Shown here one piece after another: positions 1 to 12,546 of a stretch of 64,000 nucleotides of DNA (position 1 is its first letter; each line of letters opens with the position of its first letter). The stretch is from NCBI GenBank assembly GCA_000934665.2, contig KZ538076.1, positions 1-64,000 of the forward strand, written 5' to 3'. The DNA is from Catajapyx aquilonaris. Lineage: Eukaryota. The notes beneath the pieces are model-generated. The model ran no database searches. It had not been told where the DNA came from and saw only the letters and a program-made list of their open reading frames with translations. The translations under genes were made by a program, and so were the position numbers.

Positions 1-3000
1 TTGATGCAACAGAGTGATGGAATGTATGTTTACAGGCCTGGGCTAGCTAGTTATGAACAAAAATCCCAAATCCCAGACCAAGGCTAGTTCCCCATTGCAC
101 ACAGTTTATTGACGTATAAGATTTATATACTTGTGGTGGATCAAGAAAACACATTGAAACTTCATTCAATTATTTATAATGTGAAAGTATAAAGAACAAT
201 ATTATTCTCATTGCCGTCTGGGATATACTGGAAGAGTGACAACCATCTTCGCACTTTGCTTAAAACTTATTCCACAGATTGTCTAACATACAGTATCGCC
301 AAATTACAATATGCACAGGATAGTTCAATCATTTAAGTATAACAAGTTTGTGAATATTTCCACTCATTATGATACACCACCAGGAAAATCCATACATATC
401 TGGGTTACAGATGCAGAAGGTTTCTCTGCAGTAGACGTACTGAAACTGCGCTAGAACGTGCGTCCCTGGTATCGAAATCCAGCAGGACCTTAAATCCGGA
501 ACTTTCCTCATAAAATAAAAAAGACAGTCTTCTATAGTGCATACACAAGGTGAAGCAAACCGGTATACTACTAGCAAAAATATAACCTTATTTTGGTACG
601 CCACTAAGTGCATGCTACAATAACTGGGCATGGGTACCTCCATGTTTCTCGTCTCCACATTGTTAGTATACAAAATCCTACTGAGGTTGATCCATCGTGC
701 GACATCGCGTGCACTGATCACCTTCGCACGTCGAGAAGGCTGCTCCCTCAAGACTGATAGAGTAACAGGTTGCCCGAGCGCCACTCCAGATATATCTTAA
801 CGGCCAAGAGCCTACAGTTATTCACCCTTCCGATACTGAGAATTGGTGATGTCACGGCACCAAGCGTGACCAAGTGGTATTTTCCCAAGTTTATATAGAA
901 AATATTTATTTAACCATATGGAAAAAATTGAATTAAAATGATGCCTCTCATATCATCTCGATACTGGAGTTAAAAAGTGCAGCATTTTGGCCAGCTGAAA
1001 TGCTAACAAAACTAACATAGTCGTTTTGTTTACGAAGGGGATGTAGATTCCCGACGATATAGTCCCGTGAATGCAGGGAAAATAATAATAATAATACTGC
1101 CGCCAGTAATTGTTTCATAATGTGGATAAAGCCACACCGGAGAACTGTGCAAAATGTGGCAGGTTAGAAACTCCCTTGTTAGTGCAAAAAAATATCCTTT
1201 CTGTGAGTTAAACAGTTGGCGACTATTAGACTCATGCATATGTAACTGTGCCTATTGTATATTTTTAAAATGGATACCTTATTTTTGAGATGATATTGTA
1301 TGAGGCAGATTTGATTCTCACACTGTACAAAATAGTTTTTTTTTCTACCTGATTTTCAACTGCGTGTCACATTGCGCGTAATAACATCATGCAGTACAGT
1401 ATTTCATTTACCAAAGAAATGCTCTTCTACTATGTATACCAAAATGACGGCTTATTGTAAGTCAACATACATTTTCGAACAGATAGTACACCTTTTGTCA
1501 TTGATTAATGTGTACTTTGTCCACAAATTAGCCCCGTCAAAAGGCTTCACTTCCGAAGTTATTACTATTTTACCCCCCTCCTACCCCGTGATTCCTAACC
1601 CTTGTAACAGTATCCCCATGGAAAATGTACAGAGCAATATTGTTTGCCCTCTCAAAGTGTTTTAAATCAGGTTAAATTTAACTACCTACAGTATAAGAGC
1701 ACATTCCCTAAATTGCATGTCATCCTGCAATAGTGCGATTGCTAAATGTCCTTACTTGAAGAGGATGCTCGTTGGCTAATTTATTAGGCATGTTGGAATG
1801 GATGGCAATGGCAAACAATTACTATTGCACCAGGCTCTGAAATAGGTTGCATGCACGGATGGAAGACCTGACTATAGAACGATGAGCATTATGGTAGGCT
1901 ACATTTCTTGTTTCCGTGACTATGTTGCTACAAGTAGTAGAACTTTGTCTATAGCACGTCCACAATGAGATCTGCTCCATCTAAAGCTTGTCATTTGTAC
2001 AGTAGGGAGGTAGCCTAAGAGCGATGTAGTCATTTAGTTTCCCTTTGTCAGATTGCATGGGCATTATTTACTGAGCTGTATATGACCACTAGTGTTCCTA
2101 AACAAGGCTGACTCTTGTGGTCTAGGGTCATTACATGACTGGACAAACTAAGAGGCATAACTTGGAAAATATGAGAAGTCTCGTATACACGATGGTCCGT
2201 GATAAAGTTGAAGGGTCCGACTAGGCCAAGTTGTAAGAAAATGTCAGTTACATGCCTTATCTAGAAGTGTTTCGTACTTCGGTAAAGATGATTTATGGAC
2301 TTCATTTGACGTACTCCTGGCATGTTCCTCACACCGCACAAAAGGTAATTAAAAATGACGTTGGCATCTCTGCATGCCGATTTTTGAATGTGATACCATG
2401 GTGGTCATATCCATTCTTCCACCATGCCATGCCTGTCACGTCAACTTCGACCCCCTGGCCTTTCGCAGCATGACGTATGCAGTACCTTATGAATGACTAG
2501 GTAGCAATAACAATATGTAGCAATCGTCAGATGGTAATCTCTACCTAAATTAGCTTCCTTGACCCTTAACAAACTGAAAAGCAAGTTTCGCAGTGGTGAG
2601 ACATCTACAGTCAATTACGTAGACGTGGATTAGGTTTGCACCAATGTACAGTACATGACACGCAGAGTCCTCAGCAAAAGTTTCCGGCCTTGGTATGTCC
2701 ATATCCTCAACAAGTCATATTCCTAGCCAGGACTATCCGTACCGGCTATTGTAAATGTTACTGTTTTTTCTGCAAAAGTAGGCCTACCTAACACTAGTAT
2801 TCGTATTGTAATGTATTGGCAGCGCAAATCAAAATCCAAAATAGCACCACCGACGATAGCCCCTTAATAACTTAATACTGTACCAACCTAGTCACAATAA
2901 AGGAGTGTGCCTTGAGGCTCGAAGCACAAACTGTTCTCGGCGTCCGTGATCACAATCTTCTGCTTCTGAGAACTTCAAGTTTTAATCTGTAACATCTCCA

Positions 3001-3124
3001 CGTGACCAAAAAGTTTCGGCGTAACTCACCTTATGCCTCAGAATTTCAAGAAAATGTATACTGCGAGTTTCTTCTGTTATAATATGAATATCAGTATAGT
3101 ATTAAAAGAAATCAGAATTTATGG

Positions 3125-3125
<1 letters not shown>

Positions 3126-3182
<57 letters not shown>
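3126..3182. repeat. (TTA)n microsatellite
   Basis: Directly visible. Confidence 0.95.
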
Positions 3183-3400
3183 GGCTTGTAACTTATCCCG
3201 TGATGGGCCTGTTGGGAACTTGTAGAGAGCTTCTTTTATTGACCCGAATTTATTACATTATCTCCGTAGTTGCGGTTGGTGTATTTTGATTGTGGGAGGA
3301 AACGGTAGAACCACACGAGAAAACCCAAGCGAGCATGGAGAGAACCCATGGAAACTGCTTTCACCAGGCTTTCACATTGATAAAATTCTCTGTTCGACCC
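3183..3400 (-). mobile_element. V-domain-like SINE fragment with microsatellite tail
   Basis: Reverse complement contains gggttctctccatgctcgcttgggttttctcgtgtggttctaccgtttcctcccac, also present at ~42181-42232. Abuts the (TTA)n tract. Confidence 0.55.
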
Positions 3401-3471
3401 AGAGATCCACAGTCTGTGTGACATCAATCAACCACAGCATCATGCAGCGTTTTTACTCACAACCAAAGTAA

Positions 3472-3759
3472 ATCCGGTCGCGAGTCGCCGGTCCCGGCTG
3501 CACAGTCGCGGTCGCCTTTCACCGCGTCTGTAGCGCTCACCGGTGCTGTGCCGCGAAGAATGGTCATCTCGCACGCTTTGAAGTCGAAGACGATTATAAC
3601 ACTGGATAGCCAGGACTCCAAGGCTCTCCATTATTATAATCGCCTTCGACTTCAAAGCGTGCGAGATGACCATTCTCATTCGCGGCACCGGAGAGCGCTA
3701 CAGACGAGGTGAAAGGCGACCGCGACCGGGCAGCCGGGACCGGCCATTCGCGACCGGAT
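3472..3759. mobile_element. GC-rich foldback MITE (unclassified)
   Basis: Near-perfect ~130-bp inverted arms, ATCCGGTCGCGA...TCGCGACCGGAT. Confidence 0.75.
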
Positions 3760-6391
3760 GAAGATATTGTGGCTTCAGAACATCGCATTTTGGCTGTATT
3801 TTCACCCTGCTAACGTGGAAATTAGCAGCGGAGGTGATGTTTTCTCAACACTACAGGCCAAGCAGAATTAGAAAATACAAAAAAAATCTCAAAATTCTGG
3901 AGGGTAAGAAGAGTTACTTTGGTTGTCAGTGTAACATATTGACGATGAATATTTTTTTTATCATAATGGTATCATACTGCAGTCTTAATCTGACAGATTT
4001 GGATACATATACTGTATTGCCGGTTCTCAATATTGAGATAGTGCTGGGCATAACTTGCACAATCATTATCCAGTGCTCAAAGCATTCGTAAATATTAATT
4101 TTTGCGATACGAATAGACAAAATGGAAAACTGCAATGTTTTATTTATAATATTTTTCAGGCCTACTCTGCGTTAATCCAATTAATGGCCGTCCCCATTTT
4201 CGCCTTTGCAATGCTGCAGCCCGACGGATTTTATCGGAACACACGCCAGTGTGGAACTGGCTTTTATACGATTGCAATAGGTTTTTCTACGAGACTTTGG
4301 CACAGAACTATAACATGAATGTATTCTGCATGGAATTTGAATACACATTGCGCAATCAAAATCAATTGAACATGTTCGCTATGAATATTCCATATGAAGC
4401 ACCTGCAAAATAGATGCATTATATACTTTTTTCTCAACTTTTATGTGCATTTAGAGTAAGCTTTTAGCAAATTATACCGCATCTGATTATAGCACACTAT
4501 TTAATCAAATGGAGCGATACAATACTGCAGTAAATAATGTAGCGTGCTGATAACTGTCGAAGCAACAATACTGTATATTGTCGTAAGTGAGGCCCTCGTT
4601 TATTACGCACAAAATAATGTGCTTCTCTGGCTAACATTCGCAACTGCGGGTCCCACATAGGTTCCGCAGAAATGAAGACGAAAAAAAACGTCAATAAGAT
4701 GGCACTTGTTCAGTCTCAGGGTTACGGCCGCCATCAATTATTTTTGAGACGGTGACACGCAGAGTTTGTTTACGTCTCTTCTGCTACTTGCAGGTCGAGC
4801 ATTCTCTGACCAAGTTGCGAAGTATTCTGGCAATATTCGTGAATATTCATTAGGCAGCCTGCGTGATTCTCACACCCGGATTCGCCAAATATTTTTGTAT
4901 AGTGACGTTATGATCAGGGAATCAGCAAACGATTCATAGCCTACTAACTGGTAGAACGTAGGTGTTACAAAATTTTGAAATAATTATATATGGTAATACA
5001 TGCTCCATTTTACTGTATTATGGGAAAATGAAAGGTTTTTATAACCTCACTTTTAAGTTCAGTAACTGAGAAACTCACTTTGCAACACGCTCTACACTTC
5101 TACTTAACTTACAGTAATAAGGTACAAATGCACTGTAAAAAGGGGTAAAAAGCTAGTATAAGCCTCAGTATACAATTCATTCTGTAAACTCCCACTCAAA
5201 ATATTTCTAGGTAATTTTCTAGTGGAGAATTGGATTGTACAGTGACAAATAAAAGTAGAACAGGCCTTACACGCATTATGTGGGATCATCTAAATGTAAA
5301 AGTGATATTCCTGTCCTGAGAGTTCTGGGTACGGAACTGCTGGATGACAAGAATATTGAATATGGCAAGACTGTAATCGTTCATCATACAGTATGTAGCC
5401 CGCTCAACTGTACGTCACACTCGCGAAGGGTCGAGTGGGCGCAGTTGACAGTCACGATATGTGTGGGTGAAAGGTGTCTCAAAAACCAGAGTGTAGGGGT
5501 TACTATACCGGAGGGACACCAACATCTTTTATGAGATGCGGATGAAGGCTTTTGTTCTATGGATTTAAAAGGATAAAAAGTTTTTTACACTTTATCATGA
5601 CGCTACAGACATAGAAACCTTTCTGTATACGAGATTCGGAACTACTGTATTTCATCCCAGCAGAATAGAGCACACTAGTTTAAATGTGAAAAATAATGTA
5701 TTTGCACTAATTCATATTACATGCCGAGTTGCTATTATTTCACGACACCACACACTTTTATCGGAATTATTTAGTTGACAAGGTGAACTCCAAACTTTTA
5801 ATATGATTACACCATTTCGATCTACGTCTTTGCACGACACAAAATGATAAGGAAACAAGCTTTATTGGAAGCCCCTCTGAGAACATATTAAAAGAACAGT
5901 ACGCCTATACCTATAAAATGACGGAATAATAAAATAATGTAGCCTGTGACTTGACACATTGCACCAAAATAATTGAGTAATCAGGCCCTGAAAACTTAAT
6001 GCATCCTAACACCACACAAGTGATTGGCCCAATCCAAAATTCCTGATTTGGCGTGACATGACCCCATACATTTTTCACGAAGAATGACAATCAAACCGCG
6101 TGTGACGGGTTCTTTGTAGGTTCATATGCAGTGTGACTGACAGCTTGGTTAATCAGCATAGGTTTTCTGCTACTCGAGGGCAGTGTGTGAAGCATACCGA
6201 CGCTTACTACAGCAACGAATCTCCAACAGACAGTATTGCATGCAAGGTATAGCAAGTTGTCACCAGTATTGAAAAATAGCAAGGACAGGCGGGTTCGTAT
6301 CGCATGACGCGTAACTAGACTCGTTATTACCAGCATTATCCGGAGTCCCACAGCGCTTGCCACAGCAACACATAATTAGACCTAGAAGAGA

Positions 6392-6392
<1 letters not shown>

Positions 6393-6468
<76 letters not shown>
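6393..6468. repeat. (TTA)n microsatellite
   Basis: Directly visible. Confidence 0.95.
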
Positions 6469-6469
<1 letters not shown>

Positions 6470-7362
6470 GTGTAACTTACTAATATGTTGCAATTTACTT
6501 CCCCACACTGCCTACCCATGGAAAGACTATAGACTCACCTAATACTAATATGATTCTTAGACTCGATGTTGCAAAGGGTAAACAGGAAACAGACCGGTTT
6601 CCCATTAGATAATGATGCCAATGTCTCGAGCGATTGTTTGCTGTTGCAGGCCACGCAATGGTCATCACCCCTGCGTGAGTCGATGACACTGACCTGGAAA
6701 GTTCGTTTCTGCCACGTAGGCGGAAGATTCCCGCCCTTGCCCAAGTGAACGACTAATTAGTAGTTCTACTGACGATTCTGAGTGTGCTCTTGTTGAATAA
6801 TAAACAAGCAATAAATTAGTTGAAAATCAATTTTGTTCACAATCGCTACAGCAATATTACAGAATACTGTATGAAACACTAATAAGTTCCTTTTCAACAT
6901 GAAAATGGCACTGTACGTATATTATATTGCATAGCAATAATTTTTGTATACACGTATCGTTAGAGAGGAAGCATGTTTCTTCCAACTTGAGCGTTATATA
7001 ATCACGAAACCTGGTTATTACTAGGCGGTAACATGCAAAAATACCGTCCGGAAAACTGCAGGAGGATTCACATTAACAAGTGGTAGCTGCATAGCATGCC
7101 TTAACCTTTCAAGAAGGCGATCACTGTCACGCCATGTTTGAAGGTGCTTTAACTTTGGCTAGATGCCAAACTGCGTGCCTAACCGGCAAGCTATAATAAA
7201 TTATAGCCATGCTGCAAACAGTCACGACTACAATTCGCCTCTGTCTCTTGAGGCTTTCACTCACTAACACGTTGAGAAACATTATTTAATACAAGTTTAC
7301 AGAAAGCGTAACCACAATACCTCGCCATTATTTTTCATATGTAATTTAGAAAATACGATATA

Positions 7363-7625
7363 CAGGGTGTCTCATCTTTTTTATCCGAACAGTTATCGGA
7401 AAATTGCGCATAGCTGCTACTTTTTAAGCAGTGACTTGCAACCAGTGATTTGTCGGAGGAATGGGGAATAGGGAAAAAAGGGTCATACATCCCATGGCAT
7501 GTGTGACCCTCTTTTTTCCAGGCTTGACCCTCAATTTTCAACGGGGAGCACGTATGCCACTTTGCAAGTCACTGCTACGCGCAGTTTTCCGATAACTGTT
7601 CGGACAAAAAAGATGAGACACCCTG
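7363..7625. mobile_element. Tc1/mariner MITE
   Basis: TA|CAGGGTGTCTCATCTTTTTT...AAAAAAGATGAGACACCCTG|TA, with long TIRs and a TA TSD. Confidence 0.88.
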
Positions 7626-9064
7626 TATATTGCAAAATATATCGATCACCACAGTAATCATCATATCGGTAAATTGCCATGAAAGTGTAGTCATATCTTT
7701 TTGGCTAGTAGCCTACACGTGCTAAATAGAGTTTATGGAAGTCCTTGTAGAACAGTAGCTTGTTAAATTAGCTTAACATCATATCATGACATATTACGTG
7801 TGGACCTTTCCTCACGAGCATGAACAACATGTTCCAAAGTCTATCCAGGATACATTGGGAACCATTAATGCTCCACTTGGAGTGAATTTTCCTTATGTGA
7901 AAACAGGTCTATTTGTGTTCAACAATAATGGCAAGAGTAAGTCCTCCATGCTGGGATCAATCGCAAAAATCTATTTCTCGTATTCACATGGGAAGTGCTG
8001 ACGAGGAGTTATCCATAAAGTACACCACTGCTGTATAGGGTGCAAATGCATAATTTCTGTCTCTATTTTCCGTGCATACTTATTTCCAGCTGTGGTTTCG
8101 GATATGTCAAAATAAGTCCGAATCTCCTTTCCTCTGTTTAGTAAATGCGTCTTAATCGAATGAATGAAACATAATAAAAATATCTTTATCGACAGGGTGT
8201 TCATGTCACTTGTGTCTACGTAAGGTATCTTATTTACGAAATGAAAATTTTGTTCTTAGCTGTATACTTCAGTCACTACTTCTGTGTTTACCACAACGGA
8301 TATGTGGATTCCTGTTTGGTTCTACTCATCCGCACCTTCGGCGGAAAATCAAGGCGACATGTATGTAATCAATGAAAAGTAATTTCAGTCGTAGGCTACT
8401 TTTATCACATAGAGCAGCCCCCCAGTAAAGTAATGAAAGAGGGTGATCATGCGGTTCCTAAAATCAAGTGATATGATTAGGGGTGGAACGACATAAGAGC
8501 AACCCTATAGCCACTCTTCACAACCCCCGACGACTTTATTCCCTGACAAGCCATAGATAAGAAAGGTTCTACGCCACGCAGGCACAAGGCCTAGCCTGCT
8601 TACGGATAAGAAAGGGATTATTGCCACACCTGAATCACTGTATGGTATTTTCTTTTAATTTGTTCGAGCATTTAATATCCTGCGAAATTACTTCACTTGA
8701 TCGATATTTACATTCAAAGCATTTCAATTACTGTGCATGTTTTTTCTCGATATATTCCACTCTCATTATAAGTAAACTACGAGTAGCATAGTTCTAGATG
8801 TTACTCTCAAATTAATTTTATTTTAGGCAACTGATTCGATTTACAAGACCGCAAAAATTATTATTATATAATCAGGGCGACAGCATCAATCATTTTTGAA
8901 TTATGTACAGGGTAATAACTATTTAGAGGGATTTATTAATCGTGCAGCCTGCATAATTATTGCTAGCACGTTATCATGGTGTTACAAGTAAGGCTGTTAT
9001 ATGTTACGGTAATCGTTTTTGGATTATGATCATCACAGCTACTAACAATGCAATAAATGCTTGC

Positions 9065-9067
<3 letters not shown>

Positions 9068-9116
<49 letters not shown>
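9068..9116. repeat. (GA)n microsatellite
   Basis: Directly visible. Confidence 0.95.
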
Positions 9117-9120
<4 letters not shown>

Positions 9121-9789
9121 TTTGTTTGTCGATTGTGTGTGTGTCATTAGATAAGTTTGGATTTGAAATGACGTGTACTATTCAACAGCACTTGTCGCCG
9201 ATTGTGGCACAACTCTTTGATGTACATTACTCATACATGGAAGCAAAGCTATTGCCATAGACAACTACCCTGTTTAGCCGCGAGGCGTGATTTGAGCAGG
9301 AAAAAACTGCGGGAAAAAAAACAAAACAAGAGAAGATCGATTTCCTCGCCCATTTATTCTCTCACGTGTAAAATGCGTCTATAAAGAGACGCGTCCAAAT
9401 TAGATTCGATAACAGGCGATTATATTGACAAATGGCTTCTCTAGTAACACTCCGTAAATATGATCGTTTGTCCTGCTTAGGTCTTGGACACAGTCACGTC
9501 TTACAGATAAAAATATTGCCTAGAACAGTCAGTTAAACTTCGGTAGAACATGCCTTGGACCCAATTTATTGTATCCCCCACACCCGGGTCATTCAGCCCA
9601 ATTTAGTTTCCCCTTTCATTTTAATTCAGCACACAAAGTCCAGCTGGGTCATCGGCTTATCCCACATGATTTCAAAACAGAGACACTTGTAATGTCAACA
9701 TTATATTATGACATTTCATAAGATTGAGCTACTCCTTTTTTTTCTCAGAACAAAACAACGCAATGAAGGCATTATTTTGCTATAAGCCT

Positions 9790-11330
9790 ATTTTGCATAA
9801 GTATTCTAATATGGTAAAACATCAGGGATATGCCACAAAGATCTGCAACATTAACTTGCTCTCCTGAAAAGTTGGCTCGATGTGGGATATACTGTTCTTC
9901 CGCCTACCCACTCAATTATTGTGAGGCAGCACTACTTGCATAAGCAGGCCTACAGAGATGAAAGTTCGGTAGGCCTTTCCTTAGCTTCTGTCAGTGTGAA
10001 AACGCAGTGATACGTGAAGGCATGATGTGGTCGGCCAGCTGCTCTAGCCCAGTGCAGTCGAATAGCCTCACCTGCCTATCTCTGCCTCCCGAGCGAGATG
10101 ATGGTAATGAGACTTGCCTTGAAAAGCTCCCACTGGATGCCCAGTAACTTCTCTTCACTTGCTTTAGAGTACGACCAAGCTACGAGCTCGCCAAGCCCAC
10201 TTGTTTGACGTGCAGCACAGCATTTTGGGCCGATTCTAGAGGCGGAAATCGTCTCCACTAGGCCCATACATATTTTGGCACTCTTATGTATTTTCATAAC
10301 CGCGTTGGCGGCGCCTTCAATGGATATGACATCCGTCCAAGGGATTCTCTCTAACGTCGTTGGCCCCCACTGCGTGATGGTATAGCCTACTGTACATAGC
10401 TGTATTTGGAGCATGCTGCAGTATGTATTCATTAATTGCATGACAAGGATGATAATGTATGGTCGACCATGATCTGACAAGGAGCATGTAACTGACATAT
10501 GAACTCTACGTGCACGATCATTCGTGGCGGTCGCATGATCTTTCGTTTCACGCTGTCCTTCGTGGATGAGGCGTATCCATAGTGCTCTATAATCTTGTAG
10601 CAAAACTTGAGTTACGACTAAGTGGTTGGAATATGTTCGTAATAATATATAATTCACTGCACATTCCACGAACCATAAGGGTTAAATTGTATGCCGATTT
10701 TAATCCACAACAATTTAGTGGGCTACTGCAGTTCCGTCCATTGCACCGTGAAAAATGCTTGGTATCGTAATATTCTTGAAAGAAGACTCCTGCCGACTCC
10801 TGCATTATCTTCTCGAGTAGAACATGAAGAAGAATAATATATTGTTCGAGAATGCTCGTGTCAATAGCCTGTCGCAATACTGATGAAGTGATGATATTGT
10901 GTGATGATTATCGAGGGAACAATACTCACCTATAGTAGAACACCGCACCGCACCGCCCAGGAGCCTCATTTATTACTCTCAAAGTGAATAATGCTAATAA
11001 ACTGGAAATGATATTTGTATTTAATCCATAAGTTAGAGGGTCACGTTGTGTTACTGTGGGTAAATGAGTAGCAAAAAACAGATATGGTGTCAGGTAAAAT
11101 GAAGGTGTCAATTTGGGAGAAAGATGAAGTGTAGCAGTTCTCCTTTCCGGAACCCTCATGACCACGGCTCCTGACAGTTATTGCCTGTCTTATGGGCCCA
11201 CAACGTGATGGTCCACCCGTTATTATTTTATAAAAATAGATAGGACCATCCAGTTTAGCTAGGTGAGAGAAGTCGAGGAAGAATAGGGTCAAGTCATCGA
11301 TTTTTTTGTGAGAAATCACAGCTATATACA
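9790..11330 (-). pseudogene. Possible decayed gustatory-receptor (7TM GR)-like gene
   Basis: Fragments in different frames recall insect Gr21a/Gr63a-type motifs in the expected order: LTLFFLDFSHL..IYFYKIITG; LLQDYRALWIRL; YIIILVMQLMNTYCSMLQI; EEKLLGIQ; ESKLMLQIFVAYP*CFT. Donors at ~10929 (GTGAGT) and ~10071 (GTGAGG), acceptor near 9865. Recognition by eye only. Confidence 0.3.
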
Positions 11331-11537
11331 CTGCTGTACCTTGGCAAAATTAGTATAGGGTAATTGTGTATTGATATAACTTGATTAATGTAATACTTTG
11401 TAATTCTTACTGTATATTGCTGTATTGCAGTTCAAAATGAGTTGTCAATGTTATTTTCCAACAAGAAAAGTATTAGGATACGTTATAATTATTATATAGA
11501 TGTGTCTCTTTGAGGTCAACACAATAATAATACTCTA

Positions 11538-11811
11538 GCACAGTGGACTAGTGGTTAGCGCGCTCGCCTCTGGTCCCAAAGATGTGGGTTTGAACCCGGG
11601 CGAGGTCGGTGACTTTTCTCCGGGTGGTAGAAAAGAGAGAGTGCGCCTTCCTTCGGAGGGGAAGTAAAGCCGTCGGTCCCGTGTGCTTGTGACATTGCGC
11701 GACTGCACGTTAAAGATCCCCAGAGTGGCCAAATTTCCAGGAGGAGGACCACCCCCTGGAGTCGGTGTTGAGCCTTCGCTGCAGAAATAGGCCGACGACG
11801 TTAAGCCCCAC
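11538..11811 (+). mobile_element. tRNA-derived SINE with Deu/Nin-type central domain (Ruka-like)
   Basis: A box TGGACTAGTGG, B box GGTTTGAACCC, body ttcggaggggaagtaaagccgtcggtccc...gcacgttaaagatccc, 3' end gacgttaagcccca. Confidence 0.75.
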
Positions 11812-12334
11812 TGAACCCAGTATAGGCCTATATACAGGTTGCTGCGGCTGTACACATCACTACATGCAAGAGTTATAGCTGACGTGATTTTATTTTTTCC
11901 TTGTTTCGACAGGGCAGTGCTTTTGGGAATCCGAATCCCCTCCGAATATACAATGATATTTGTTTTTCTGGAACTTTCATCCAAATCAATATTAGCACAC
12001 AATGTTGTACTTTTTTAACATTTCATAAAGCGCAATTTTATTTTGCGGTAAGAAACAGAATTGCGTGAATTAATTATTTTATATGATTAAGCGATACCGG
12101 TACCTCTACCATACTTCCTTTATTCCACATAATTATATACTATAGAAGGAGGCAGGGATAAATATAAAAATTTGGCTAGCAAGTGTACCACACTGAACAC
12201 TGGCATATATTCTCGACTGAGTCATAAAATGGAGAATGACTTGCACATATCTTTCACTGCTGCAAAAGTTACATTATTTTTTAAAGTAGTGCCCTGGATC
12301 CAAAGTTCAGGTTCCATTTAGATTGATTTCACAT

Positions 12335-12546
12335 AAGAGAAGCGATTCGAGTCGATGCCATCGATAATTAGATCCAGAACCATGGTCCAGAAGACCAGAA
12401 CATGGCCTTATTCTGGACCTGTATACTGGACCCCGACGTCTCGAATTGAACTCGAGACGTCGCGTCGGGGTCCAGTATACAGGTCCTGGGATCATGGTTC
12501 TGGATCCAATTATCGATGGCATATATCGACTCTAATCGCTTCTCTT
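12335..12546. mobile_element. Foldback MITE (unclassified)
   Basis: Inverted arms aagagaagcgatt...aatcgcttctctt, with inner arms ggacctgtatactggaccccgacg / cgtcggggtccagtatacaggtcc. Confidence 0.75.

Noticed and set aside
5440..5580. Possible mariner C-terminal remnant (FYEMRMKAFV)
   Set aside because: Similarity is too weak to support without an alignment.
6260..6542. Poly-N, poly-L, poly-I and poly-Y ORFs (also 42563, 57115, 57133, 58211)
   Set aside because: They are translations of (TTA)n/(ATA)n microsatellites.
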